Positions 9,424-17,939 of a DNA stretch of 64,000 bases are shown here, in pieces. Made by a program: the position numbers and the translations under genes. Source of the stretch: Anaerolineaceae bacterium. Its GTDB lineage: Bacteria > Chloroflexota > Anaerolineae > Anaerolineales > UBA11657. The stretch covers positions 192,315-256,314 of the forward strand of contig BGOS01000003.1 of NCBI GenBank assembly GCA_003569365.1. Direction: 5' to 3'. Within the stretch, counting starts at the first letter, position 1. Each line of letters starts with the position of its first letter. The notes beneath the pieces are model-generated. The model worked only from the letters and a program-made list of their open reading frames with translations, did not search any database and had not been told where the DNA came from.

Positions 9424-10413
9424 GTGAAACGAGTCGCACTTTATTTGCAGGATGCACATTCGCTGCAGGACGGTATTAAGTATGCGCAGTATGCGGAGGC
9501 GCATGGGTTTGAGGCCGTGTGGCAGGCCGAAAGCCGGCTGGTGCGGGATGCGATTGTTCCGATGGCTGCGTTTGCGGCCACTACGTCGCGCATCAAGATC
9601 GGCTCGGGTGTCATCAACAACTGGACGCGCAACATCGGGCTGCTGGCGTCCACTTTTTTGACGCTGGATGACCTGGCTCCTAACCGCATCATTTGCGGTA
9701 TTGGTGCGTGGTGGGACCCACTCGCAGCAAATGTGGGTATCGAGCGGCGGAAACCGCTGCTTGCCATGCGCGAAACAATTGAAGTGTTGCGGCGCTTGCT
9801 TGCCATGGAGAACGTCACGTTCGACGGTGAGTTTCACAAAGTGAAGGGAATTGAGCTGGATGTGGTGCACGGTCGGCGCGAGCCGCGCAACGTCCCGGTG
9901 TTCATTGGCGCCACTGGCATGAAGATGATGGAGATGACCGGTGAAATTGCGGATGGCGCGGTGTTGAACTATTGCGTGCCGCCAGAGTACAACGATGACG
10001 CGATGGAGCAGCTGGCCGCCGGGGCCAAGCGCGCTGGCCGCAGCATGGATGAGATAGACCGGCCGCAGCTGATCGTGTGCTCGGTGCACAAGGACCGGGC
10101 GGTGGCGATAACTGGTGCGAAGCGCTTGCTCACGCAGTATCTGGCGCAGCAGCCGCACATTGCAAAGGCCTCCGGAGTTAGCGCCGACGTGGTGGGCAAG
10201 GTGCAATCTATTTTGGGCTGGCCCGCAACAAAAGAGCAGGTTGAAGAGGCGATGCAATTTGTGCCGGACGATTTCGTTTTGAAGATAAGTGCCACGGGTA
10301 CGCCGGATGAAGTGCGTGCGCGCGTGCAGCAATATATTGACCGGGGTTGCACCTGTCCCATTTTGTATCCGATGGGCGATCCGTATCTTATGATGGACAC
10401 GTTTGCAGTTTAG
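9424..10413 (+). CDS. LLM-class (luciferase-like) flavin/F420-dependent oxidoreductase, Mer-like
   Basis: 329 aa. GTG start 7 nt after GGGAGGA. The luciferase-like TIM-barrel pattern ([12 protein letters not shown]..., [35 protein letters not shown]) is typical of F420-dependent LLM enzymes. Cofactor assignment is an inference. Confidence 0.75.
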   Translation: MKRVALYLQDAHSLQDGIKYAQYAEAHGFEAVWQAESRLVRDAIVPMAAFAATTSRIKIGSGVINNWTRNIGLLASTFLTLDDLAPNRIICGIGAWWDPLAANVGIERRKPLLAMRETIEVLRRLLAMENVTFDGEFHKVKGIELDVVHGRREPRNVPVFIGATGMKMMEMTGEIADGAVLNYCVPPEYNDDAMEQLAAGAKRAGRSMDEIDRPQLIVCSVHKDRAVAITGAKRLLTQYLAQQPHIAKASGVSADVVGKVQSILGWPATKEQVEEAMQFVPDDFVLKISATGTPDEVRARVQQYIDRGCTCPILYPMGDPYLMMDTFAV

Positions 10414-10466
10414 TATGCGGTTTGGGTCTGCAGCAGAACATTTAACAACGAGCGAAATCATATATT

Positions 10467-11672
10467 ATGAAACCAGCTGAAGTGGCAGCAGTGCAAGCGC
10501 GTGTGGCCGCGGCCAAGCCGAAGATCGTGCAGTTTTTGCGCGAGCTGTGCGCAATTCCTTCAATGGAAAGCAAGATTGGGCCGGTAGGCGAGCGGGCTGC
10601 AGCCGAGATGCGCGGGCTCAAGTTCGACGAAGTCCGTTTTGACAAGATGGGCAATATTCTGGGCCGCATCGGCAGCGGGGCGCGCACGATTGTTTTTGAC
10701 TCGCACATTGATACGGTTGGCATTGGCGACCCGTCGGCGTGGGGTTGGGATCCTTTTGCGGGCAAGGTGGAGGATGGCGTACTGTACGCGCGCGGCGCCT
10801 GCGATGAGAAGGGCAGTACGCCGGGCATGATTTACGGGATGGCAATTGCTCGCGACCTGGGTTTGCTGGAAGGCTGGACCGCTTATTATTTTGGCAACAT
10901 GGAAGAGTGGTGCGACGGGATTGCCTGCAACACTTTTGTGGAGGTGGACCCGGGCGTGCGGCCGGACTTTGTGGTTATCGGCGAGCCGACGCGCATGCTG
11001 GTATACCGCGGGCACAAGGGCCGGCTGGAGATGAAGGTGACGGCGCGCGGTCGCAGTGCGCATGCAGCCAGCAATCATTTGGGCGATAACGCAATTTACA
11101 AACTGCTGCCCATCATCGAGGCGATCAAGAACATGGAGCCGCAGCTGGGCGACCATGAATTCCTCGGCCACGGCAAGATTACCGTGTCTGACATGCATGT
11201 GAAGACTCCCAGTATCAATGCCGTGCCGGATGAAGCCACAATTTTTATTGACCGGCGGATGACGTTCGGTGAGACGAAGGCAGCGGTGCTGGCGCAGATT
11301 GAGGCATGTATCCCGGTGGCAGTGCGCGACAGCGTCAAACTGGCTGAGCTTTTCTACGATGACCCTTCATACACCGGCTATGTGTTTCCGGTGGAAAAGT
11401 ATTTTCCGGCATGGGCGTTCCCCGAGGACCATCCGCTGGTACAGGCGGGGCAGGCCGCACGCGGCGTGATCGGGCTGGCTGCTGCGCCTGCGAGTAAATG
11501 GAACTTCAGCACGAACGGAATCTATTGGGCGGGCAAGGCGGGCATTCCTTCCATTGGGTTTGGTCCCGGGGATGAAGTTACGGCGCACACCGTAAATGAT
11601 TCTGTGTCGTTGGCTGATGTGGTGAAGGCAACCGAGTTCTATGCGGTGCTGGCGAGCCAGATTCCGCTTTAG
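10467..11672 (+). CDS. YgeY-family M20 metallopeptidase/deacylase
   Basis: 401 aa. M20 metal and catalytic motifs FDSHIDTVG, ARGACDEKG, VIGEPT, GHKGR, plus C-terminal GFGPGDEVTAHTVNDSV. Resembles E. coli YgeY-type hydrolases overall. Confidence 0.85.
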   Translation: MKPAEVAAVQARVAAAKPKIVQFLRELCAIPSMESKIGPVGERAAAEMRGLKFDEVRFDKMGNILGRIGSGARTIVFDSHIDTVGIGDPSAWGWDPFAGKVEDGVLYARGACDEKGSTPGMIYGMAIARDLGLLEGWTAYYFGNMEEWCDGIACNTFVEVDPGVRPDFVVIGEPTRMLVYRGHKGRLEMKVTARGRSAHAASNHLGDNAIYKLLPIIEAIKNMEPQLGDHEFLGHGKITVSDMHVKTPSINAVPDEATIFIDRRMTFGETKAAVLAQIEACIPVAVRDSVKLAELFYDDPSYTGYVFPVEKYFPAWAFPEDHPLVQAGQAARGVIGLAAAPASKWNFSTNGIYWAGKAGIPSIGFGPGDEVTAHTVNDSVSLADVVKATEFYAVLASQIPL

Positions 11673-11700
11673 GGCTTTACGCACAGTTTGCTATTAAGTC

Positions 11701-12651
11701 ATGGCTGAGGGGCGGCTGGCTGTTGTGGCGGTGGGTGGCAACTCGCTGATTACTAGCAACACGCAGCGTTCGGTGCCGGATCAGTTTGATGCGGCTGCGG
11801 TATCAATGCGTTACGTGGCGGACATGGTCGAAGCCGGCTGGCGCGTGGTGCTAACGCACGGCAACGGACCGCAGGTGGGTTTTATTTTGCGGCGCTCGGA
11901 GTTGGCGCTGCATGAGCTGCATCCCGTGCCGATGGATTATGCGGTTGCTGACACGCAGGGTGCCATCGGGTACATGTTTCAAAAGGCGCTGCTGAATGAA
12001 TTTAGCGCGCGCGGGATGCAGCGCGCTGTGGCAACCGTGGTGACCCAGGTGCGGGTGGATGAGGACGACGCGGCTTTTACTGATCCCGCAAAGCCGATCG
12101 GTTCGTTTATGGATGAGGCAACTGCCCGCAAGCGCGAGGCTGAGTTAGGTTGGCGGGTGAGGGAAGATTCTGGTCGCGGCTGGCGCTGGGTGGTGCCTTC
12201 GCCAATGCCGCGCGAGATCATAGAGTTGGCCTCAATCCGGGTGCTGTCCCAAAGCGGGTGTTTGGTTGTGGCGTGCGGCGGGGGCGGTATTCCCGTAGTG
12301 CGGCGCACTGGCGGCAAGTTGCGGGGCGTGGAGGCAGTGATCGACAAGGACCATGTGTCGGCGTTGCTGGCGGAGCAGCTGGGTGCCGATCTGTTCTTGA
12401 TATCCACTGCGGTGCCGCAGGTTCTGGTGAACTTTAATAAGCCGGACCAGCGCGCTCTAGCGCGGGTGACACTTGCGGAAGTGCAGGCGCTCAACGATCA
12501 GGGACATTTTGCAAAGGGCAGCATGCAGCCGAAGATCGTGGCAATGATGCACTATTTGGAAAATGGCGGTGAGGCTGGATTGATCACGGACCCCGAGAAT
12601 ATTGGGCGGGCGCTCGCGGGTGAAACCGGTACTCATTTTGTGGTGAGGTAG
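11701..12651 (+). CDS. arcC: Carbamate kinase
   Basis: 316 aa. Motifs VVAVGGNSL, LTHGNGPQVG, ACGGGGIPV, DKDHVSALLA, FAKGSMQPKI are the classic carbamate-kinase signature. Confidence 0.9.
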   Translation: MAEGRLAVVAVGGNSLITSNTQRSVPDQFDAAAVSMRYVADMVEAGWRVVLTHGNGPQVGFILRRSELALHELHPVPMDYAVADTQGAIGYMFQKALLNEFSARGMQRAVATVVTQVRVDEDDAAFTDPAKPIGSFMDEATARKREAELGWRVREDSGRGWRWVVPSPMPREIIELASIRVLSQSGCLVVACGGGGIPVVRRTGGKLRGVEAVIDKDHVSALLAEQLGADLFLISTAVPQVLVNFNKPDQRALARVTLAEVQALNDQGHFAKGSMQPKIVAMMHYLENGGEAGLITDPENIGRALAGETGTHFVVR

Positions 12652-12896
12652 GGACTGGAGGGCGTGTGGCGTGGGTTGGAGCACAGTGGCGCTGGGGATG
12701 CGCGTGCTGAGGAGATCATGCGGTGGGGATGTCTGTCACCAATCAGGGCGACAGCTGATGTTTGGTGTTTGCTGGCAGGTGGTGCATAATTGCGTGGTAG
12801 ACTTGCGACCGTTGGGAAGCGAAACGTGAGTTTTATTCTGGCCGATGAGTTTGTTTTTGATTAGTTGGGGTAACTGAAAAACGGAGGAGAACGAAA

Positions 12897-15311
12897 ATGA
12901 AAGTATCGAAAATGTTGAACGGGTTGGTGGCTGGTGCCGTGCTGTTGGGTGCTTGCGCTGCGCCGCCTGCCCCGGCTGCGGTGGTTGCGCCAACGGCAGT
13001 GCCGGCAGCGGTTCCCGAAGGCAAGAAGATGGAGATCTTCAGCTGGTGGACGAATGGCGGTGAAGCCGATGGCTTGAACGCGATGTTCGAGATCTTTACG
13101 GCGAAGAATCCGGACACGGAGATTATTAATGCGACAGTCGCCGGTGGCGCGGGCACAAATGCGAAGACCGTGCTGAAGACGCGTTTGCAGGGCGGCCAGC
13201 CGCCGGACACTTGGCAGGTGCATGCTGGCAAAGAGTTGACGCAGTATGTTGATGCCGGGCAGATGGAGCCGTTGACTGGCTTCTTCAAAGAGCAGGGCTT
13301 TGACAAGAACATGCCGCAACTGCTGCTGGATCAAATTACATACAACGGTGAGATTTATTCGGTGCCGGTGAACATTCATCGCTCCAATGTGCTTTGGTAC
13401 AACATCAAGGTGTTTGGCGATAACAATATTACGCCGCCGACGACGTTTGAAGAGTTTTTTGCAGTGGCTGACAAGCTCAAAGCTGCGGGCATTATTCCGC
13501 TGGCGGTGGGTGGTGCCGACAAGTTTGAGGCACCGCATCTCTTTGAGAGCGTGCTGCTGGGTGTTTACGGCCAGGATGACTATGTGAAGTTGGTTGGCGG
13601 CGATGCGGCGTTGTGGGCTGACGCGCGTCTGGATACAAGCATCAACACTCTGGCGCGCATGCTGTCCTACTCCAATGATGACCGGGCTTCGATTGGCTGG
13701 TCCAGTGGCGCAGACATGGTGCTGGAGGGCAAAGCGGCCATGACGATTATGGGCGACTGGGCGCATGGTTACATGATGAGCAAAGGCGCAGCGGCTGGTA
13801 CTGATTATGGTTACGCGCCGGCGCCTGGCAATGGCGGCGTGTTTATGTGGCTGAGCGACAGCTTCGGGCTCGCAAAGGGTGCACCGCACCCGGAAGAGGC
13901 GAAAGCGTGGCTGGCGGTGGCTGGCTCGCGCGCCGGGCAGGATGCCTTCAATCCAAAGAAAGGCTCCATTCCGGCACGCACCGACGCAGACCAAAGCCTG
14001 TACGATGTATATCTTAAATATTCCATCAAGAGCTTTGGTTCTGACAAACTTGCGCCGAGCATTGTGCACGGCGCTGGTGCACCGGAACCGTTCATGGCGC
14101 TCTACGGCAATGCGTTGAATGTGTTCTCAAGCGACTTGGATGGCGAGGTGTTGAAGAGCTCGCTGGTGGAGGCGACTGCTGAGCTTGGCGCCAAGGACGT
14201 AACAGCCGCCGCATTTGCCAAAGAAATCGTGGCGGGCTTGATTATGGTGGGCCCGGAACGGGACCACGGCTGGAATGAGGCGCATCTTATGGCGACAGAT
14301 TATGTGACGGGCAAGATGCCCAATGTGCGCTGGGTGATGATCGACAAGGTTAATGGAGCAGACCGGCCCGACACCACGATCGAGCAGCTTGCGGATGATT
14401 TTGCGGCGAAGGGCGCGCAGATTATTTTCACTAATTCGGCCGAGTTCAAGGACCCGACAAATAATGCGGCGAAGGCGCATCCCGAGATTACCTTCATTCA
14501 CATTTCTGGCGATGCAGTGAAAGACGGAACTGCGGCGCCGAATGTGGGCAACTTCATGGGCCGTATGGAGTCTATGAAGCACGTGTCCGGGTGTGCGGCG
14601 GCGCTGCAGACGAGCACTGGCAAGATATCCTATCTTGGCCCGTTGATTGACGCAGAGACGCGGCGGTTGGTGAACAGTGCTTATCTGGGCGCGAAATACT
14701 GCTGGGAGAAGAGTGGTAAGAAGGCGTCGGATTTGAAGTTCGACGTTACATGGATTGGGTTCTGGTTCAATATCCCGGGATTTACGCTGGATCCCACCCA
14801 GGTGGTGAACGATTTCTACAATTCCGGTTCGGATGTAGTCTTGTCTGGCATTGATACCACCGAGGCTGTGGTTGTGGCTGGCCAGCGCGCCGAAAAGGGC
14901 GAAAAGGTTTACGCTATTCCATACGACTATCTGGCTGCGTGTGCCGAAGCTCCAAAAGTGTGCCTCGGCGTCCCCTACTTCAACTGGGGCCCACTGTATC
15001 TCTCGGCTGTGAAGGGTGTGGGTGAGGGAACGTGGAAACAGTCTTGGGATTGGGCAGGTGCGGACTGGGCTGACATGAAGAATCCGGATACGGGCACTGT
15101 GGGTTGGGAAAACGGCGGTGGGCTGAGCGCTGCCAATCAGGCAACGCTCGATGGCTTTATCAAGGAGCTTGCCGGCGGCCTCAACCTGTTTACCGGCCCG
15201 CTAAAGTATCAGGATGGAACGGAGTTCGTGGCGAAGGATGCGGTGGCTTCAGACGAGCAAGTCTGGTATACGGAGCAGCTCTTGGCGGGTGTTAAAGGCG
15301 CTTCGAAGTAG
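12897..15311 (+). CDS. Lipoprotein fusing two different ABC solute-binding domains: N-terminal family-1 (sugar-type) SBP and C-terminal BMP/PnrA-type (nucleoside-type) SBP
   Basis: 804 aa. GGAGGAG RBS. Signal peptide with lipobox LLGAC. Residues ~40-440 resemble an extracellular solute-binding family-1 protein (FSWWTNGGEADGL..., GDWAHGYM). Residues ~455-804 resemble a BMP-family SBP (IMVGPERDHGWNEAH, LFTGPLKYQDGTE). Confidence 0.85.
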   Translation: MKVSKMLNGLVAGAVLLGACAAPPAPAAVVAPTAVPAAVPEGKKMEIFSWWTNGGEADGLNAMFEIFTAKNPDTEIINATVAGGAGTNAKTVLKTRLQGGQPPDTWQVHAGKELTQYVDAGQMEPLTGFFKEQGFDKNMPQLLLDQITYNGEIYSVPVNIHRSNVLWYNIKVFGDNNITPPTTFEEFFAVADKLKAAGIIPLAVGGADKFEAPHLFESVLLGVYGQDDYVKLVGGDAALWADARLDTSINTLARMLSYSNDDRASIGWSSGADMVLEGKAAMTIMGDWAHGYMMSKGAAAGTDYGYAPAPGNGGVFMWLSDSFGLAKGAPHPEEAKAWLAVAGSRAGQDAFNPKKGSIPARTDADQSLYDVYLKYSIKSFGSDKLAPSIVHGAGAPEPFMALYGNALNVFSSDLDGEVLKSSLVEATAELGAKDVTAAAFAKEIVAGLIMVGPERDHGWNEAHLMATDYVTGKMPNVRWVMIDKVNGADRPDTTIEQLADDFAAKGAQIIFTNSAEFKDPTNNAAKAHPEITFIHISGDAVKDGTAAPNVGNFMGRMESMKHVSGCAAALQTSTGKISYLGPLIDAETRRLVNSAYLGAKYCWEKSGKKASDLKFDVTWIGFWFNIPGFTLDPTQVVNDFYNSGSDVVLSGIDTTEAVVVAGQRAEKGEKVYAIPYDYLAACAEAPKVCLGVPYFNWGPLYLSAVKGVGEGTWKQSWDWAGADWADMKNPDTGTVGWENGGGLSAANQATLDGFIKELAGGLNLFTGPLKYQDGTEFVAKDAVASDEQVWYTEQLLAGVKGASK

Positions 15312-15350
15312 TCTGTTGGGGAGTAACCCTTCAGTTTAGTGTTGTAGAAG

Positions 15351-15382
15351 CCTTGCCCCTTCCGCCGTTGGAAGGGGCAAGG
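15351..15382 (+). promoter_or_regulatory. Perfect 13-bp intercistronic stem-loop between the SBP gene and the ATPase gene
   Basis: CCTTGCCCCTTCC (15351-15363), loop GCCGTT, then GGAAGGGGCAAGG (15370-15382). No U-tract follows, so a processing/stability element or partial attenuator is more likely than a full terminator. Confidence 0.5.
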
Positions 15383-15396
15383 TGCTTTAACCTCCT

Positions 15397-16863
15397 ATGA
15401 AGATCGAGCTGCGCGAGATACACAAGCGGTTTGGCGCTGTGCATGCCAATGCGGGCATCAATCTCAGCGTCGGCACCGGTACGATTCTGGGAATTTTGGG
15501 TGAGAACGGGGCCGGCAAAAGCACACTGATGAAAATCCTGTCCGGGTATTTCCATCCGGACAGTGGCGGAATATTACTGGACGGCGCGGCAGTGCGCTTG
15601 CGTACTCCGGCTGACGCGCTGCGGCATGGCGTGGGTATGCTGCACCAGGACCCGCTCGACTTCCCCCCGATGCGCGTGCTTGACAACTTTCTGCTGGGAC
15701 GCGAGCACCAGTTCTGGCAGCGCCGCAGCGCTGCGCGCGCTGATTTCGATGCACTCTGCAGCGAGTTTGAATTCCGGCTGGATCCGGATGGTTTTATGTT
15801 TGATCTGACGGTTGGCGAGCGCCAGCAGCTGGAGATTGCGCGCTTGCTGTGGCTGGGCGCCCGGGTGCTCATTTTGGACGAGCCAACAACTGGTATATCG
15901 GCCAATCAGAAAGTAAAGCTGTTTGCCACGCTGCGCAAACTGGCTGCTCAAAACAAGACCGTGATCTTTGTGTCGCACAAGCTGGAAGATGTAGAAGGCT
16001 TGTGCGGGCGGGTGGCGGTGTTGCGGCGGGGCGCGCTGGTGGGTGAGGCGCAGCCGCCGTATACAACTGCCGGCCTCGTGCAAATGATGTTCGGCCAGGC
16101 GTTGGCAGTTGGGGTGCGGCCGGCAGCGCCATTGGGCGCACCACAGCTGGAGTTGCGCGGAGCTGAGTTTGCAGGTGAACATATTGTGCTGCGCAATGTG
16201 GACCTTACGGTGGCTGCGGGGGAGGTGGTCGGTCTTGCCGGTCTGGAGGGTTCCGGTCAGCAGCAGCTGTTGAAAGGGGTGGCAGGTTTGGTTGCGCTTG
16301 GCAAAGGCAGCTTGAAGATTGGAGGGCGTGATCTGTCACAGGCATCTTACAAGGAATTTTTAGCCGCTGGTACCGCGTTCATGGCGGCGGACCGGCTGGA
16401 AGAGGGAATGATTGCGGGGCTTACGATCGAAGAGCACATGGTGCTGGCACGGCGCGGCAAGCAGCCGGCAATTGTGGATTGGGCAGTTGCGCGAACGGCT
16501 GCGCAGGCGGGCATCGCGGAGTTCAATATCAAGGGCGCTCCAGCTAGTGTGGTGGAGGGGCTTTCGGGTGGCAACCAACAGCGCGCGCTGCTGGCGTTGC
16601 TACCGCCGGCTCTCAAGCTGCTGGCAATGGAACATCCGACGCGTGGACTGGATGTTGAGTCTGCCATCTACATTTGGAGCAAGCTGCTCATGCGGCGGGC
16701 GGAGGGAACCGCAATACTTTTTGCCACCGCAGATTTGGAAGAGCTGCTGCGCTATAGTGACCGGGTGCTGGTATTTTTTGCCGGTGAGATCATGGCTGTG
16801 CTGCGCGCGGCGGATGCCACGGTTGAGCAGCTTGGCGCGCTAATCGGGGGCAAACAAAAATGA
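15397..16863 (+). CDS. ABC transporter ATP-binding protein with duplicated NBD (sugar/nucleoside CUT2-type)
   Basis: 488 aa. Walker A GENGAGKST, Walker B LILDEPT, a second NBD with the signature LSGGNQQR. Stop overlaps the next start (ATGA at 16860). Confidence 0.9.
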   Translation: MKIELREIHKRFGAVHANAGINLSVGTGTILGILGENGAGKSTLMKILSGYFHPDSGGILLDGAAVRLRTPADALRHGVGMLHQDPLDFPPMRVLDNFLLGREHQFWQRRSAARADFDALCSEFEFRLDPDGFMFDLTVGERQQLEIARLLWLGARVLILDEPTTGISANQKVKLFATLRKLAAQNKTVIFVSHKLEDVEGLCGRVAVLRRGALVGEAQPPYTTAGLVQMMFGQALAVGVRPAAPLGAPQLELRGAEFAGEHIVLRNVDLTVAAGEVVGLAGLEGSGQQQLLKGVAGLVALGKGSLKIGGRDLSQASYKEFLAAGTAFMAADRLEEGMIAGLTIEEHMVLARRGKQPAIVDWAVARTAAQAGIAEFNIKGAPASVVEGLSGGNQQRALLALLPPALKLLAMEHPTRGLDVESAIYIWSKLLMRRAEGTAILFATADLEELLRYSDRVLVFFAGEIMAVLRAADATVEQLGALIGGKQK

Positions 16864-17939
16864 GCAGTCTGGCAGCGACTGAGCGGCAGGGATGGGTTGG
16901 GCGTGTGCTGCTGGTGCTTGGCCCGGTGCTGCTGGCGCTTGTGATCACCTCTGGAATACTTGTACTGGCGGGCGCCAACCCACAAGCAACTTTGCTCAAG
17001 CTGTTAGCAGGCTCTTTTGGAACAGCGGTGAAGCGCGCGGATGTGGCGGTTGTGTGGGTGTCGCTGGTTATTTGTACTGCGGGCTTGCTGGTGAGCTTTA
17101 CTGCCGGTCAGTGGAACATCGGCATGGAAGGGCAGATTGTGATGGGGGCAATAGTTGCAACGTGGGTTGGCCGGCAGTTTGTGGACATCTCCGGTGTTCT
17201 CGAGCGCGGGGCACCGCTTTTGGTAATTGCAGCAATGGTTGCAGGCGGCATTTGTGGCGGCGTGGTGTGGGCTACCGCAGCCGGCGCATTGAAAGTGCTC
17301 GGCAAGGTGCATGAAATATTTGCGGGCCTTGGCTTGAATTTTGTTGCCAGTGCCGCAAGCATCTATCTGATTTTTGGCACTTGGAAGCAGAAGTCCGGCG
17401 GCACATTGAGTGGCACTGTTTTGCTTGACGAGCAGCTGTGGCTGCCAACGCTGCAGGGTTTGCGGGCGAGCCCATACTCGCTGGGGCTGGCGGTGGTTGT
17501 TGTTGCGGCGGTCTATTTCGCGTTGCGGGGCACGCTGTGGGGCTTGCAGTTGAAGGCGGTGGGCCGGAACCTGCGCGCGGCCCGCACGCTGGGTGTCGCC
17601 ACTCACCGGGTGCTGTTTAGCGCCTACGCTGTTTGTGGAGCGTGCGCGGGCCTCGCGGGCGCTGTGCTTGTGGTTGGCGTGCATCATCGCTTGATACCGG
17701 GCATTTCCTCCGGGCATGGCTTTATGGGTATTCTGATTGCGTTGCTTTCCGGGTTTCAGGCGCTTTACATTGCGCCGATTGCGCTTTTCTTTGCGGCACT
17801 CAGCATCGGAAGCATTGCGCTGCAGCTGGATCTCAAACTCGATTCGTCGCTTGCGGGTGTGGTGCAGGGAGTGATGGTGCTGTGTGTGCTGCTGGTGCAA
17901 GGGGTGCGCCAGTGGCGGAGTGGCGGGTCCGGCACATGA
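16860..17939 (+). CDS. ABC transporter permease (BMP/ribose-type, first of two)
   Basis: 359 aa and highly hydrophobic (~8-10 TM). Translationally coupled on both sides. Confidence 0.85.
   Translation: MSSLAATERQGWVGRVLLVLGPVLLALVITSGILVLAGANPQATLLKLLAGSFGTAVKRADVAVVWVSLVICTAGLLVSFTAGQWNIGMEGQIVMGAIVATWVGRQFVDISGVLERGAPLLVIAAMVAGGICGGVVWATAAGALKVLGKVHEIFAGLGLNFVASAASIYLIFGTWKQKSGGTLSGTVLLDEQLWLPTLQGLRASPYSLGLAVVVVAAVYFALRGTLWGLQLKAVGRNLRAARTLGVATHRVLFSAYAVCGACAGLAGAVLVVGVHHRLIPGISSGHGFMGILIALLSGFQALYIAPIALFFAALSIGSIALQLDLKLDSSLAGVVQGVMVLCVLLVQGVRQWRSGGSGT

Noticed and set aside
9307-10461. 384-aa minus-strand ORF antisense to the LLM oxidoreductase gene
   Set aside because: Arg/His/Gln/Leu-rich with no motifs. 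It exactly shadows a well-supported plus-strand gene, a typical high-GC antisense artefact.
12760-12840. Purine-riboswitch look-alike (CATAATTGCGTGGTAGACTTGCGACCG...) upstream of the nucleoside-type SBP
   Set aside because: It shares only a short GCGTGG/TGCGA resemblance. It lacks the conserved loop-loop nucleotides and the CCGTAAA/junction core of the guanine/adenine aptamer.
12861-14069. 402-aa minus-strand ORF antisense to the SBP fusion gene
   Set aside because: Same shadow-ORF signature (R/H/Q-rich, no start context). The plus-strand protein has clear SBP motifs and a lipoprotein signal.
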